From positions 24,319,649 to 24,383,648 of the forward strand of contig NC_092398.1 of NCBI RefSeq assembly GCF_030028105.1: DNA of 64,000 bases, in the 5' to 3' direction. This DNA is from Mobula birostris. Lineage: Eukaryota. A program made the translations under genes and the position numbers. Positions 50,218 to 63,436 of this stretch are shown here, one piece after another (position 1 is the first letter of the stretch; the number at the start of each line of letters is the position of its first letter). A model generated the notes under the pieces. The model searched no databases. It was not told the DNA's origin and saw only the letters and a program-made list of their open reading frames with translations.

Positions 50218-50898
50218 TATGGAAGAAAAATATCAAAGCTTTACATTGTAATGGACATTGAGGGAATAATGAATTGTTTTTAAATGTTAAATCGAAGTCT
50301 ATAATCATTTATCTGTAATTAATGTACTCTGTGTGACTGAACTGTGCCTTGTAACAGAGATATAAGAAATCTCTATCTGTAGTTCTTTGTTCTGAGAAGT
50401 TTTATCCGTCTGCGTTTGAGCCAGCTTGCCTGATATATATTTGAGAACCAAAACTTATGTAAAATGTGTAGCTGCTGGAGGAGTTTTTTTTTTTTTTGCT
50501 TCTTCGCTATTCGGTAGCGTTGCTGGAGTTCCAGCAAAGTACTAAGAAACTGATTGCGAAGATTTGCCTTGAAGTCGTCATGCAGGATGCAGTGGACTAA
50601 TTATACATTGTTCTCTAAAATGATAGACATTGTTTTCTGTATATTTAAATGCTAGACAAAGGTTTAAATAAGGAACTATCTGGTCATAAATTGTCCTGAA
50701 GCACGTGACATTTACTTCTGTAAAAATCCACTTGTATCTCTTGTCACGTACCATTCATGCATAAGTATGGCTGAGTTTTCTTGTTTGACAGAGTCCTAAG
50801 ACGCTGATTTTCGAACTTGGGCTCTCCATGATATCATGTGTCAATAAAGATTTTCCGAAGCGGCTCCCTTCGGGTCTGTGTACTCTTTTTCCGCGACA
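50218..50898 (+). repeat. 3' LTR of the unit-2 provirus
   Basis: Homologous to the 5' LTR; AATAAA at 50843; ends ...GCGACA followed by TSD GTCAC. Confidence 0.92.
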
Positions 50899-53373
50899 GT
50901 CACGAATCACTCTAGCACTCATCATGTCTACTGGCAATGTTGGAACACAAGTGTGGAGGAGATACAGACTCCCAATGAAGAGATGGTGACCAGAGTTCGT
51001 TTATAAAATTCCAACAGAACATTCATCGCTTGGTGGATTGCCACCGTGAGACGTAGCATTCCCAAAACTGGGATCGCGCGATCACGTCTAATTGGAAGAC
51101 TGCTAACATAAGTAACATGGAATCTCCGAGCCTATCAAAATAAAATGAGCAAGTCTAAACAGAAAGCACCGGGACCGCATCCCAAAGAGCGAGTCACTCG
51201 AGAAAAAAAAAGTAGGAAGAAATGTCAATCATTGACGTCTCGTTAAAGTTAACGAATTCGGGTGCGCCAATACTCTCAGAGCTCAACACGCTCCTGGACT
51301 CCGCAAAGTCAGCGGCATTACGACCCGAGTAGGCGGTCACTCCCGACGGATGTACTGTATACGTGCGGCTGCTCTCCTCTTACGCAGATGAAAAGACGTT
51401 TTCCATCTTCTGAGATTAATGTGATTATTGGAGTGTATTTTGTATTGGTTTCCTTCAGGTTTTCGGTATTTCTTTCTTGTGGCCGATTGCCGGGGGGCTG
51501 AGCTGGTAATTGTTGCATGTAGAAGGCGATGTTGGGGAATTTGGAGTCACTGTCCCTGTTCCTTTCAGAAAGTAAGGGGTCGAAAACCTAATCTGTACGG
51601 AGTCTTTGATTGTTATTGTGGCCGATTCTTTTTTTAATGCCCGCAAGGGGGAATATTGGGGTCCTCGAGTTATTTTTCTATTTTTTCCGTGCCGAATACT
51701 CTGGGGGAGTCGATGTGTTTTCTTTCATCAACATCTACGGTCTTTCTTTATTTAATCGCTATCCGTAGTAAACAAATATCATCATTTAATCACACATGCA
51801 GCGAAAATAAGAGAGATGACAGTGATATGATTAAATTATACTGAGTCAACACCCTCCACTATGTCAACAATTCACAATTTCACCCAGGGGGCGACCCTGC
51901 TGCTTGTCCTGGGGTTAAGAACTGGGGAAGAAGGCGGGACCACGAACATCAGAAGCACCACCCACCCACCCGACTCAACTTTTTAAAGTAGTTGGCTTCT
52001 TAATGCAGTCTGTCCTTCTCTCCTCAGTGACAGGTCCCAACAGCACCACTCCGCTCATTGGTATCTCCCGTCACAGCGCTCTCCCACTCGCTCAGCTCCC
52101 ACTCAGTGGTCGCGCCCGCGCGTATGAACAAAACATGCCGACGAGATAGAAGTCCATTGCCAATATAGACAACCGGCTTCCACTTGTATCCTTTGGTGGA
52201 TAAACATCAACCGGGTGCTTTAGCACAACGGACGAGCTATGCGGTCGGGTGTAGTGAATGCCGATTCACCGCTCGGAAAACAGACGACAGACACGAACAC
52301 CGCGGGGCCGCGCCGACTTTCCTGAACTGAAAATGCGCAGTGGGTGGGGGCTTCTGGGGAATGTACTCTAGATGTTATTGCTTACAGGGCATGCGCTGCG
52401 TTGCGGAGCATCCTGAGGAATATAGTAGATTCGGAATACTTCAACTGCGTATGCTCTATAGCTCATGAGCTCTTTGGGAGTCCTGCACCCTCCTGGAAGT
52501 TCTTGTTTCACAATCTTATAAGGTCTCAATGATTTCTGCACGTTAGACTAGAAATTGCCAGTACAACTTCAAAAGTTAATTTCATTTATCTATGAGATCC
52601 AATAAGGCCGGTAAATTTTCCCCATTCCCAACAGCCTCCAGAAAGATGGGGGTGAACTGCGCCCTTGAATCGCCACAGTCTGTTGAAAGGGACTGCTGGG
52701 GCCGAGGATGCAGGGTTCAGAGCCGTTGACGGTGATGGATTTCATTTAACTTGCCCGTGATCGAATGGCAGAGCAGACTTGATCGGCCGGCTGGTCTCAT
52801 TCTCTTGCCTTAAGGTCTTATGAAGTTGGGACAGCGGATGGCTCTTAGGTGGTTCGCACTGTTCGCTGCCGCCCCGCCCCCTGCGGGAAAAGCAGCAGGG
52901 TTGAGTGGGGGTGTTACCGGAATTGTCCGGGCGAGCAAACGATCTGAATTGTGCGGACATACATTGTCCGCCAGTGTTGGAGATTGGTGTCTGACGTCAG
53001 GAGTGGCAGGTGAGGGTCTTCTTGTCACACGAGTCAAGCTTGTTAGCCCTGAGCTGTACCCCAAACCTAGAAGACGAGTCGATCACTCTTAGTTTGGGGT
53101 CTATCCTTTGACTTGCTTGGCATGGGTGACCCTAACGAGAGCGAAAACATAAATCTCTGACTCCAGCCGTCAAAGCTCGCTGGGCCAGTGAGGCAAGCAA
53201 GCCGCCAAACTCAACGACTGTCTTCTTGTGGTCCTGTTGGCCGGCGGTGTGGTAAAGAGAAATGGCTCGGAGAGGGGGCAAGCCCATATCCATTGGATCA
53301 GTGAATGTGAGGGGTCGACTAAGGTACTAAGAATCACAAAGGGACGGCCCAGTGATGGGCACTGCAACAACGA

Positions 53374-53653
53374 CTCCCAAGATCAGACACAGAGTGAAGC
53401 CCGTTCTACATTCTCTCATCCTGTACTTCCGGGGTCAGACACAGAATGAAGGGCTCTCCTAATCGTTCCATAACACATTCCCCGAGTCAGACACAGAGTG
53501 CAGCACCCTCCCCACTGTCCCATCACACTCTCCCGGGGTCAGGCAGAGCGTGAAGTTCCCTCCACAGCGTCCAATCGCACACTCTATGGATCAGACACAA
53601 AGTGAAGCTCCCTTTACGCCGTCCCATCACCCACTACCAGCGTCAGACACAGT
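53374..53653 (+). repeat. 52-bp minisatellite (unit 3)
   Basis: Copy of 3011-3290. Confidence 0.9.
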
Positions 53654-56600
53654 GAGTTCCAGTGAGGAAGAAATCACTGATAGTCTCCATGTACTGTCTG
53701 TGAAACTCTTGTTCACATATGGTTCGGATTTCTGCAGCATTCATGGACTCACGGTCTCAGACTATATTTTTTTGTCTGAGTGTATTTACTGATATCTTAT
53801 ATGCACGTGCAAACATTTATATTGTTTTGTTATGTGTTGCTGTTGGTATTTTTTGTTTACCTTGGCCCCGGAGTAACGCTGTTGCGTTCGGCTATAATCA
53901 TGTATGCTTGATTAACAATTAAATGAAACTATGAAATGTGGATGCAAAGGCTCATGGCGTCGTAGTTAAACATTGGGGAACGTAATTCCAAAGCATGGTC
54001 ACACTGGAGACAACATCTCAGAGATTCCCTTCGAGGCACTTCGGCCGAGCGACAGTGGTGGGGACAGATATGGAACTTTTTCAACGAGAGTATCTTCCCC
54101 CTTTGCATCAGGGACCGAGAGAGGAGGCTATCGCTCAGTGCGTTCAGAACACAACATGTTGAAGAATGAAACACGGGAACTGGTCCTACAGCACACCATT
54201 TCTGTGATAACCCGACCCCAAACTACATTAATCTCTTCAAACTTAGTGCATATCTCTTCATTCCATTCAATTTTAAACACCATAGACTATTAGACATAGA
54301 AGCAGAATAAGGCCATTCAGCTCATCGAGTCTGATTTATCATCCACCTCAGCAACATTCTCTGGTCTTCTATCCATATACTAGGACACGTTTTCTCAATA
54401 GAGAGATCGGCAACCTCCAGGGTAGCGGGGTGGAGATAAATATCTACCAGAAGAGGTGGAAGACGCTCCTTCCCTCCGGTAGCCTGCAGGTCACCATTAG
54501 GCACGTTGTAACACCTGCTTTGTTCTCCCGATCAGTGTCACAGGGAACCGCGAGGGCAGTTGGTATGTGTAGCGGGTGTATATCACAGATTCTGACTGAG
54601 CAACCTGTGATGCCAGGCAGACAATCTCAGAAGGACATTGATAATGGCTGGGTTAAACCATCTTGTAAAGATACTGGCCAGTAGAAGGCACACGAAAACG
54701 GCGGCGACTTTCCGGAAGAGAAAATGCGCTTTTGGTGGAAGAACACACACAAAATGCCGGTGGAACGCAGCAGGCCAGGCAGCATCAGAGGAAGAAATAC
54801 AATCAACGTTTCGGGCCGAGACCTTTCGTCAGGACGAACTGAAAGAAGAGTGAGTAAGAAATTTGAAGTGGTTGTCCTGCTGGATGTAGTCTACAATGCT
54901 GTTGCTTACAGGGTGTGCGCTCCGTTGTGAAGGATGTCGGGAAATGTATTAAATGAGGAATAATTCAACCGCGCATGCTCTATAGCAAATGGGGTTAATT
55001 TCAGAAATTAATCACGTGGCCTCCTTCTAACTTAACTTCTCAACAATGAAAGGAAATGCTTTGTTATTCACTGCTCTCTGAGTAAAATATTATCTCATGA
55101 TGTCAACACCTCAACTTCCTAATATTGAGCTTCCTGGAACTACAAACCCAGAGTGTCTCTACCGATGTGGAGTAACTCATCTCTTCTGTTCATTGGGAAT
55201 TAAGACCGCACCTTTGCTAAATTAGCATCCAAATTCCGCACAAGAAACAACTCCTCAAAATAACTCGATCACCCAATGAATTCGACCGTCCATCACTGTT
55301 CAGGTCCTGTGCAAGGCTACTCCCATGCGCCCAAGGGAATTTAACGTCTGAGTGCAAGTATCCAAACCTGCGGAGGACCGCGACGGAGCCGGAGATTTCA
55401 GGCAAAGGTGAGATGAATTTCCACGGGATTCAGATAACAGATACTGAGATAGTGTAGACAGTCAGAATCGCTTTCCCATTGTGGGAGTAACATTCAGAGG
55501 AAAGCTTATATTTATCATGAGGTCATGAGGACATGATTATTTTGGTATCAGAGAGTGTAATGTCCTGGTTCATATTTTTACCGTTATTTTGTAAGTATTT
55601 CATTTTAGTCTTCAGCCTCCAAGTTCACGAAACCAAATCCTTAACTATCGACTCCAATATCTTCCCAACCACTGCGGTCAGACTAATTGGCCTACAATAT
55701 TCTTTCTTCTTCCTCTCTCCATTTTTGAGGAGTCTAATGACGTTTGCAATTTTACAGTCTTCGGACCTATTCCAAAAACCAGTGATCCTTGAAAGATCAT
55801 TACGATTGCCTTTGCAATCTCTTCAGCTACCTCTTTCTGAGCACTGGGGTGTACACCATCAGGTCTATGTGACTCATCCACGTTCAGACCTATCAGTTTG
55901 CCAAGGATCTTTACCCCAGTAATGTTAACTTCACACACTTTATGATCCACGATACACGAACGGTATGTTGCTTCCGTGCTGCCAGGATAAAGAATGTCTC
56001 TGAAACGATCCAAGGACATTCCCAAAGACGACAGGGGACAGCCAAAAGTATTACTTCCTATTGGCACGAATAAAATAGGGAGACAAAGTGACGAGGTCCT
56101 GAAGAGACATTTTAGGGAATTCGGTAGAAACTAAGAAACAAGACTTTCAGGGTGCTAATCGCTGAATTGCTAACTGTGTCATGCGCCAGTCATTGTAGGA
56201 ATAGGAAGAATTGGCAGATGATGACGTAATTGATGAACTAGTGCAGAGGGCACGCAGGAACTTAGATTCATCGGACATTGGGATCTCTTCTGGTGAAGGT
56301 ATGACTTGTACAAAAGGGACTGATTACACCTGAACCCGAGATGGTCCAATATCCTTTCGTGGCTGAAAGAGGATTTTTCAGTAGCTAGCAGCTTAATGTC
56401 CAAGGTTTTACAGTGTAGCGCAAGGACAGGCAGGACGGCAGAAGTTGTGGCGTTGGTGTGATGCTGAAAAAAATGAATTGAAATCATTAGTAAGAGGTGA
56501 CAATGGAAAGAAGGTTATTGAATCTTTGTGGATTCACTGTGAGAATTCGGATACAATCCCGAAAATAATTTGGCTTATTGAGATTTTTCTATCGAGTATC

Positions 56601-57801
56601 ATTTTTCTAATTATTTTTAAACGCTCTACGATTGATATGGCTTTTAAAGAACAGGATGTATTAAGTATTAAATGCTTTCAGGACTTGTTTGTAGAGGGAA
56701 GTATCTTATCGTTTGAACAACTCTCAACGAAATACAGTTTACCTAAAACTCATTTTTTTCTTTGATACCTACAAATAAGAGATTTTTGACGGTGTCAAAT
56801 AAGAATATTTCCCAAAAGCCCTGAGAAGAACCTACTGGATGCATTTTTTAATTTGATTTTTTTTAATAATGGATCTATATCTACTGTCTAAAATATGCTG
56901 TAGAGAATGAGAATTGTTCCTTCAGATACAATAAAAAAATACCTTGGGAACAAGATTTACAGATTTCAATTTCTGAGTAAACTTGGAATCAAATTTATAA
57001 ATTGGTTAACACTTCATCGTTATGTGCCCACCACTCTGTCCTACAATTTAAAGTGGTACATTGCGCCCATATGACCAAGGATAAATTGCCTCGCTTTTAT
57101 TTAGGTGTATCTCCGTTTTGTGATCAATGTAATAATGGAGAAGCTTCACTCATTTACATGTTTTGGACATGTCCGAGTCTTGAAAAATATTGGAAAGAAG
57201 TACTTCAAACCTTCTTGATACTTTTCAAAATATACTTTAAAGCTAATCCTTTGACACTTTTATTTGGTATTGTTGGAGGAAACGATATCATTTTGGAGTC
57301 ATCTGACTTGCATATTTGGCCTTTATTTATCCTATGGCCAGAAGGACAATCTTGCTCAAATGGAAAGCTGTGTCCCCACCCATTCACTCTCAATCGTCTC
57401 GTGATGTCATGTCATGTATAAATGTAGAGAACATTCGATGTTTAATCTCTGAATCCAGCAAAGACTTTCAAACATTGTAGGTAACTTGTGTGAATGATTT
57501 TCTAAACATTTGATTTGCTGTTAAACCACAGATGATGACTGAAACTTTTTTTCATTTTTTTCTTTACTAATCATCTTCGGTCTTGGTAGTGAGTAACATT
57601 TTTAATATAACAAAATTACTATATTTCAATCTTACGTATTAATTAATCAGTATGAATATAGCGTAAGGAGTCATTATGTGCAATATATTTTTTCCTGTAC
57701 ACTGTATTCTTATATGCAAAATTAAAATAAAAATATTGGAAAGGAGTCGTTGTGGAGAGAATCTTCCTGTTAGGTTGAAAGGAGGTTTAAAAGTTTGAGG
57801 G

Positions 57802-59569
57802 AGCCATGGTTTTCAAGGGATATTGCAAGCTTGGTTTTGAAAAAGATAGGGATCTACAATAAATATATGCAGCTTGGAGTTAATGAGGTGCTCGAGAAAT
57901 ATAAAGAACGTAAAAAAGAATCTTAAGAAAGAAATTGGAAGTGCTAAAATAAGATAGGAGGCTACTTTAGCAAGTAGATAAAAATAAATCCAAAGGGTTT
58001 CTACAGTTGTACTAATAGTAAATGGATAGTGAGGGATAAAATTGGTCCCTCAGAGAATCAGAGTGGACGGCTATATGGGGAGCCAAAAGAAAGGGGGAGA
58101 TTTTGAACAATTTCTTTTCTTCGGTATTCACTAAGGAGAAGGATTTTGAATTGTGTAAGGTAAAGGAAACCAGACGGGTATTTATGGAAAGTACGACGAT
58201 TAAAGTAAAGCAAGTATTAGCGCTGTTGAGGAATCTAAAAGTGTATAAGTTTCTGGGTCCGGACAAGATATTCACTAGGACCTTGAGGGAAGTTAGTGTG
58301 GAAATCGCAGGGGCTCTGACAGAAATATTTCAAATATCATTAGAAACGGGGTTGGATGTTGCCAGAGGATTGCCATATTGCTCATGTTGTTCCATTGTTT
58401 AAAACGGGTTCTAAGACTATATCTAGCAATTATCGGCTTGTGAGTTTGACGTAAGTGGTGGGTAAATTGATGGAAAGTATTCTTAGAGAAGCTATATACA
58501 ATTATCTGGATAGACAGGGCTGATTAGAGACAGTCATCCTGGATTTGTGCGTGGAAGGTCATGTTTGACAAATCTTATAGAATGTTTGATTAGGTTACTC
58601 GGAAAGTTGACGAGGGTAAGGCGTTGGATGTTGTCTGTATGGATTTCATAAAGCCTTAGACAAAATTCCACACGGAAGGTTAGTTAGGAAGGTTCAATCG
58701 TTAGGCATTAATTTCGTTGTAGTATAATGGATTCAGCAGTGGCTGAAAGATGGCAGATAGAGTTTAATGCTGAAAGATGAGAGGTGCTACATTTTGGTGG
58801 GACTAATCAAAATAGGACATACATGGTATATGGTAGGGCATTGAAGAATGCAGTAGAACAGAGGGATCTAGGAATAATGGTGCATAGTTCCCTGAAGGTG
58901 GAATCTCATGTGATAGGGTGGTGAAGAAAGCTTTTGGTATGCTGGCCTTCATTAATTAGAGCATTGAGTATAGTAGTTGGGATGTAATGTTGAAATTGTA
59001 TAAGGCATTGGTGCGGCCAGATTTGGAGTATTGTGTACAGTTCTGGTCACCGAATTATCGGGAAGATGTCAATAAAATTGGGAGAGTACAGAGGAGATTT
59101 ATTAAAACGTTACCTGTGTTTCATCTCCTAAGTTACAGATAAAGGTTTAACAAGTTAGGTCTTTGTTCTTTGGAGCAGAGAATGATGCGAAGGGACTTGA
59201 AAGAGGTATTTAAAATTATGAAGGGGATGGATAGAGTTGACGTGGATAGGCTTTTTCCATTTGAGAGTGGGAGAGATTCAAACAAGAGAACATGAGTTGA
59301 GAGTTAAAGGGAAAAAGTTTAGGGGTAACATGAGGGGTAACTTCTTTACTCAGAGAGTGGTAGCTGTGTGGAACGAGCATCCAGCAGAAATGGAGCAGGT
59401 TTGATGTTGTCGTGTAAAGTAAATTTGGATAGATATATGGACAGGAAAGGAATCGGGGGTTATGGCTGAGTGCAGGTCGGTGGAGCAAGGTGAGAGTAAC
59501 AGATCGGCACGGACTAGAAGGGCCTAGATGGCCTGTTTCCGTGCTGTAATTGCTATATGGTTATATGGA
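57802..59569 (+). mobile_element. CR1 LINE (unit 3 copy)
   Basis: Copy of 7440-9207. Confidence 0.88.
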
Positions 59570-62500
59570 TAGAGCTAAAAAAAAAAACTGCAAGTGTAAG
59601 AAGTCCCTGTCTTAGTCGCTGAAGAACTGAGGGAAAAGTTTAAGGTAAAAGAACCCTAAGGGTAAAGTGATCATATTATGATTGAATTTATCCTGAAGAA
59701 ATTGCTCTGAACACATATGTATCAGGTACGACTGCAGAATATAGGTAAGTAGAGTGACCGCAGAATATAGGTAATTAGAGTCATGAGAGAGGCGTTGGCC
59801 AGAATAGATAGGAAAAGAACACTTTGGACGTTGGTAGAACCGCAATGGCTGGAATTTCCGGAAGCAGCTCGGAAGGCGCAGAATATAAACATCCCAACAG
59901 AAGGAAGTATTCTCAAGGCACAATGAAACAATCGTGGGCAAGAAAAGAAGTTAACGCCAACAGAAATCCAAACGGTAACCAAAAATACAGCGAGATTTAC
60001 TAGGAATTCAGAGGATTAGGTAGCTTTGAAAAACCAACAGAAGAAACCTAAAAAGTAATTGAAGATGGAATACGAAGGTAAACTGACCAATAAAATTAAA
60101 GAGGATACCAAATATTTCCTACGATAAGTAAAGTGTAAAAGAGAGACAAGAATGGATGTTGGGCCTCAGTAAATAAATGCTGTTGAGTTAGTAATGGGGG
60201 ACACGGAATTGGTAGATGATCTGAATAAATATTTTTCATCTCTACTCACTGTGGAAGACACGAGCAGGATGGGTGTGAATTCACTATTCCTCGACAGCAA
60301 GTTCTGGGGTAAATCGAAGGACTGGGATAGATCAGTCATCTGGAACAGATGGAGTAATCACAAAAAGAAACTCTGCACTGTCCCATCATACAATGTCCGG
60401 CAGAAATAAATCCCGTGGCCTCTAATAAATGGAAGGTTTTATTCTTCATTCCTCTCTGAGTGAAGTATTATCTCATGATGACAACACGTGAAATTGTGCA
60501 TATTGAGCTTCTTGTAACTTCAAACCCAGAGTGTTTGGACGGCTGTAAAAAGATGCTGGAGATGTACTAAAGGCGGACGCGCAAACGGCGGACCACCTGA
60601 ATAGGTATTTTCCATCAGTGTTCACTGTGGAAGACACCAGCATGAAGTGTCGGAATTCACTATTCCTTGATAGAAAGTTCTGGGGAATCAAAAGGTCTGA
60701 AGGTAGATAAATCACCTGACCTTATGGGGTTAATTTCAGAAATTTACCACGTGATCGCTTTATCTACTTTACTTCTCAAAAACAAGAGGAAATGTTTTTT
60801 CCCTCTGTGCTTTCTGAGTAAAGCATTATCTCATGATTTCAACAACTCAACTTCTTTATATTGAGCTTCCTGGATCTTCAAACCCAGAGAGTCTCTACCG
60901 AGGTGGACGAACTCATCTTTTCGCTCATTCGGAACCAAGGCCCATCTTTACTAAATCAGCATCCAAATTCAGCACAAGACACAACTCCTCGATCTACCTC
61001 GAGCACTTAGGAAATCCCACCGTCCGTCTCTGTGCAAGTCCCGTTCAAGATTACTTTCGTGCGCTCAGGAGAACTTAACGTCTAAGTACAAGACTCCAAA
61101 ACTGCTGAGGACCGGGAAGGAGCCGGAGGTTCCAGGGAAAGGTGAGATGCATTTCCACGGGTTTTATATTAATTCGGAAATGTGGTGGCTGATCAGGGAT
61201 CATCAGCGTGGCGGCGTTGTGGAAGGAGGCCTGCCTTACTACTTTCGGGAGGTTTTTCAGGAGAGTATATTCTCTTAGGCAATGAAGGCAGGGAAGTGGG
61301 ATTATCAATATGCAGTTCAGTGAGGAGAACTTCAGAGGTTAGAAAGCCTGGGCTTGTTTTCCATGCGGCGGAAAGCAGCTTACGGATGGCCTAACAAAGG
61401 AAATTAAGATACTAGCTATAGAGATGGTGCAGACAGGTAGAATCGCTTTTCCATTGTAGGAGCAACATTGAGGGTAAGGCTTATATTTATCTCGAGCGGA
61501 GACTTAACCGAATATAAAGGCTAGGCTATTTTAAAGTTAATTTTAACTTTTAGTTAGATTTGGAGATAAAGTACGGTAATCAGCCCTTCCGACCCGACGA
61601 GACCGTGCCGCCCAATTACTGTCATGTGATCAATTAACCTACTGGCGTCTCGAGTTTCTGGGGTTGACAGGTTTGTCATATGAGGCACTCACTTCTACTC
61701 ACTGAAATTCAGAAGAATTGGTGGGCGGGGGGGAAGTCTTCATAGAAAGCTGTTCAATGTGAAAAGGCCTCGAAAGAGTGGATGTAGAATAGATGTTTCC
61801 TATGGGAAGTAGGCTAAGACTAGACGACACAGCCGCAGAATGCAGGGCCGTTCTTTTAACAGGGAGCTTATGAGCACTTTGGAAAGCCATTCTACAGTAC
61901 TCTGCAAAGTGTCTTAGGCACATACTGTATTTAGAGACACACGTGGAGCAGCCCTTTCTGCCATCTAGCCCGCACCGCCAGCAGCCAACCTATTTAATCG
62001 CAGCCTTTTCGCAGGATATTTTACAATGATCAAATAACCTCATAACTAGTACGTCTGTTGAACGTGGAGAAACCGGAGTACCCGGAGCAAACTCACACGG
62101 TCTCGGGAACTTGTATCAGTGGTTGTAGCAACCTGATCACCCTAATCCAGTAGAATATTCTCCTGGCTGCAGAGGATGATACAGGATCAAAATAACGGCT
62201 GTGTTCGGGTGGATACCCTTCATAGGGAACGCCTCCGTGGCACTTTGTTTCACGTGGGGAGGATAAAACACGGGCAGCCACCACACGGTATTTGACAGTT
62301 CTGGGCGGCCGGGGTCCAGCGGCAAGTAATGAAAGAAGATTGTGGTCTCTGCGCTGCAGCAGACTTACTCCACCTTCACTGCCATATTACGTGTCCTGTT
62401 TCCGTTCCGTGTGGCTATCTTCCTTCTTCGTTCTCTCCTTCTCTCCTCAATACCTCTTCGCTCAATTATTCAACCCTCTAACTTCCACAATTTTTCCACC

Positions 62501-62593
62501 ACCAGATCAGACATATCGCTCTCTGAAGGAGTGTCCAATTCGACGTTCACTGGGAATCTCTCCCCCAACAATTTCGCGACCGGTAGATTCAGA

Positions 62594-63436
62594 ATGGAGT
62601 GGGGAGCACCTTCCGTCATGACAACGGTCATCCTTATCCTTACCGTCCTACTGGGCGCCCCGGGAAACGGCGCAGTCATCTGGGTGACGGGCTTCAAGAT
62701 GAAAAGTAACGTCTGGAATGTGTGCTTCCTGAACCTGGCTGTGGCTGACCTGATTTATTGCCTGTGTCTCCCCTTATACACTATTCTCCAGCTTGAACCC
62801 ATTTATTTTTGGCTGGTTGTATTACCCACTATGTTCCTAGTCGCTTTTGCCAGCCTATATCTGTTATGCCTGATCAGCATCTACCGCTGCCTGGCTATTA
62901 CACGGCCCATATGGTTCCAGCAACATCTGAGCCTCGCATGGGTTCGTGTGACCTGCTTCGTGGTCTGGGTCATAGCCATCGTCATCTTTATGCTTGTATT
63001 CTTCTCTGGGTATTTTTCCGTGTGTGCGCTAATTTGGATCACGTTCACCTTCGCCCTCCCGCCTCTTGTAATTATGATCATTTGCTACGCCTTCGTTGGC
63101 CGGAGGCTGCAAGGGGTCAGGCTCGCTGAGTCCAGGAAGCCCATACGCCTGATCGTGACCACGGTCGCCGCATTTATGATCTGCTGGCTCCCCAGCACTC
63201 TCTACGCCCTCATACCAAACGACTACATGCAGAGTCATTTTAACTGGTATATACTCACTGAGGCCCTGGCCTCATTCAACAGCGCCCTCAACCCTCTTAT
63301 CTACGTCTTCGCCGGCAGCGACTTCCGTCAGGTCTTCAGGCGCTCCATGTTTGCCTCGCTCCTGCTGGCCTTCACCGAGCATGAGCCAAAGGGTGAGACC
63401 GAGACCCGCAATTCCACCTCAAATACGAATGTCTGA
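62594..63436 (+). CDS. Chemoattractant-family GPCR, copy 3
   Basis: ORF 62342-63436; differs from copy 1 at three nucleotides (62795, 63008, 63222: K>E, W>G, A>D). Confidence 0.9.
   Translation: MEWGAPSVMTTVILILTVLLGAPGNGAVIWVTGFKMKSNVWNVCFLNLAVADLIYCLCLPLYTILQLEPIYFWLVVLPTMFLVAFASLYLLCLISIYRCLAITRPIWFQQHLSLAWVRVTCFVVWVIAIVIFMLVFFSGYFSVCALIWITFTFALPPLVIMIICYAFVGRRLQGVRLAESRKPIRLIVTTVAAFMICWLPSTLYALIPNDYMQSHFNWYILTEALASFNSALNPLIYVFAGSDFRQVFRRSMFASLLLAFTEHEPKGETETRNSTSNTNV

Larger units (their letters stand above)
23626..50369 (+). repeat. Tandem segmental duplication, unit 2 (~26.7 kb, complete form)
   Basis: Colinear with unit 1 plus the extra segment 43241-46392; ORF offset to unit 3 is ~26740. 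Confidence 0.97.
45111..50898 (+). mobile_element. Endogenous retrovirus (class I/epsilon-like), internally deleted, both LTRs present
   Basis: Direct terminal repeats 45111-45783 and 50218-50898; GTCAC on both flanks (45106-45110, 50899-50903); PBS; PPT; gag CCHC knuckle, protease DTG and RT YADD in the correct order. RNase H and integrase are not seen. Confidence 0.93.

Noticed and set aside
23474-50898. Idea that the whole unit is an LTR-bounded element that transduced the GPCR
   Set aside because: The TSD, PBS and PPT delimit a 5.8-kb provirus excluding the GPCR; the repeated LTRs are duplicated 3' LTRs with the same flank, and the units retain intron-like and LINE sequence, indicating DNA-level duplication.
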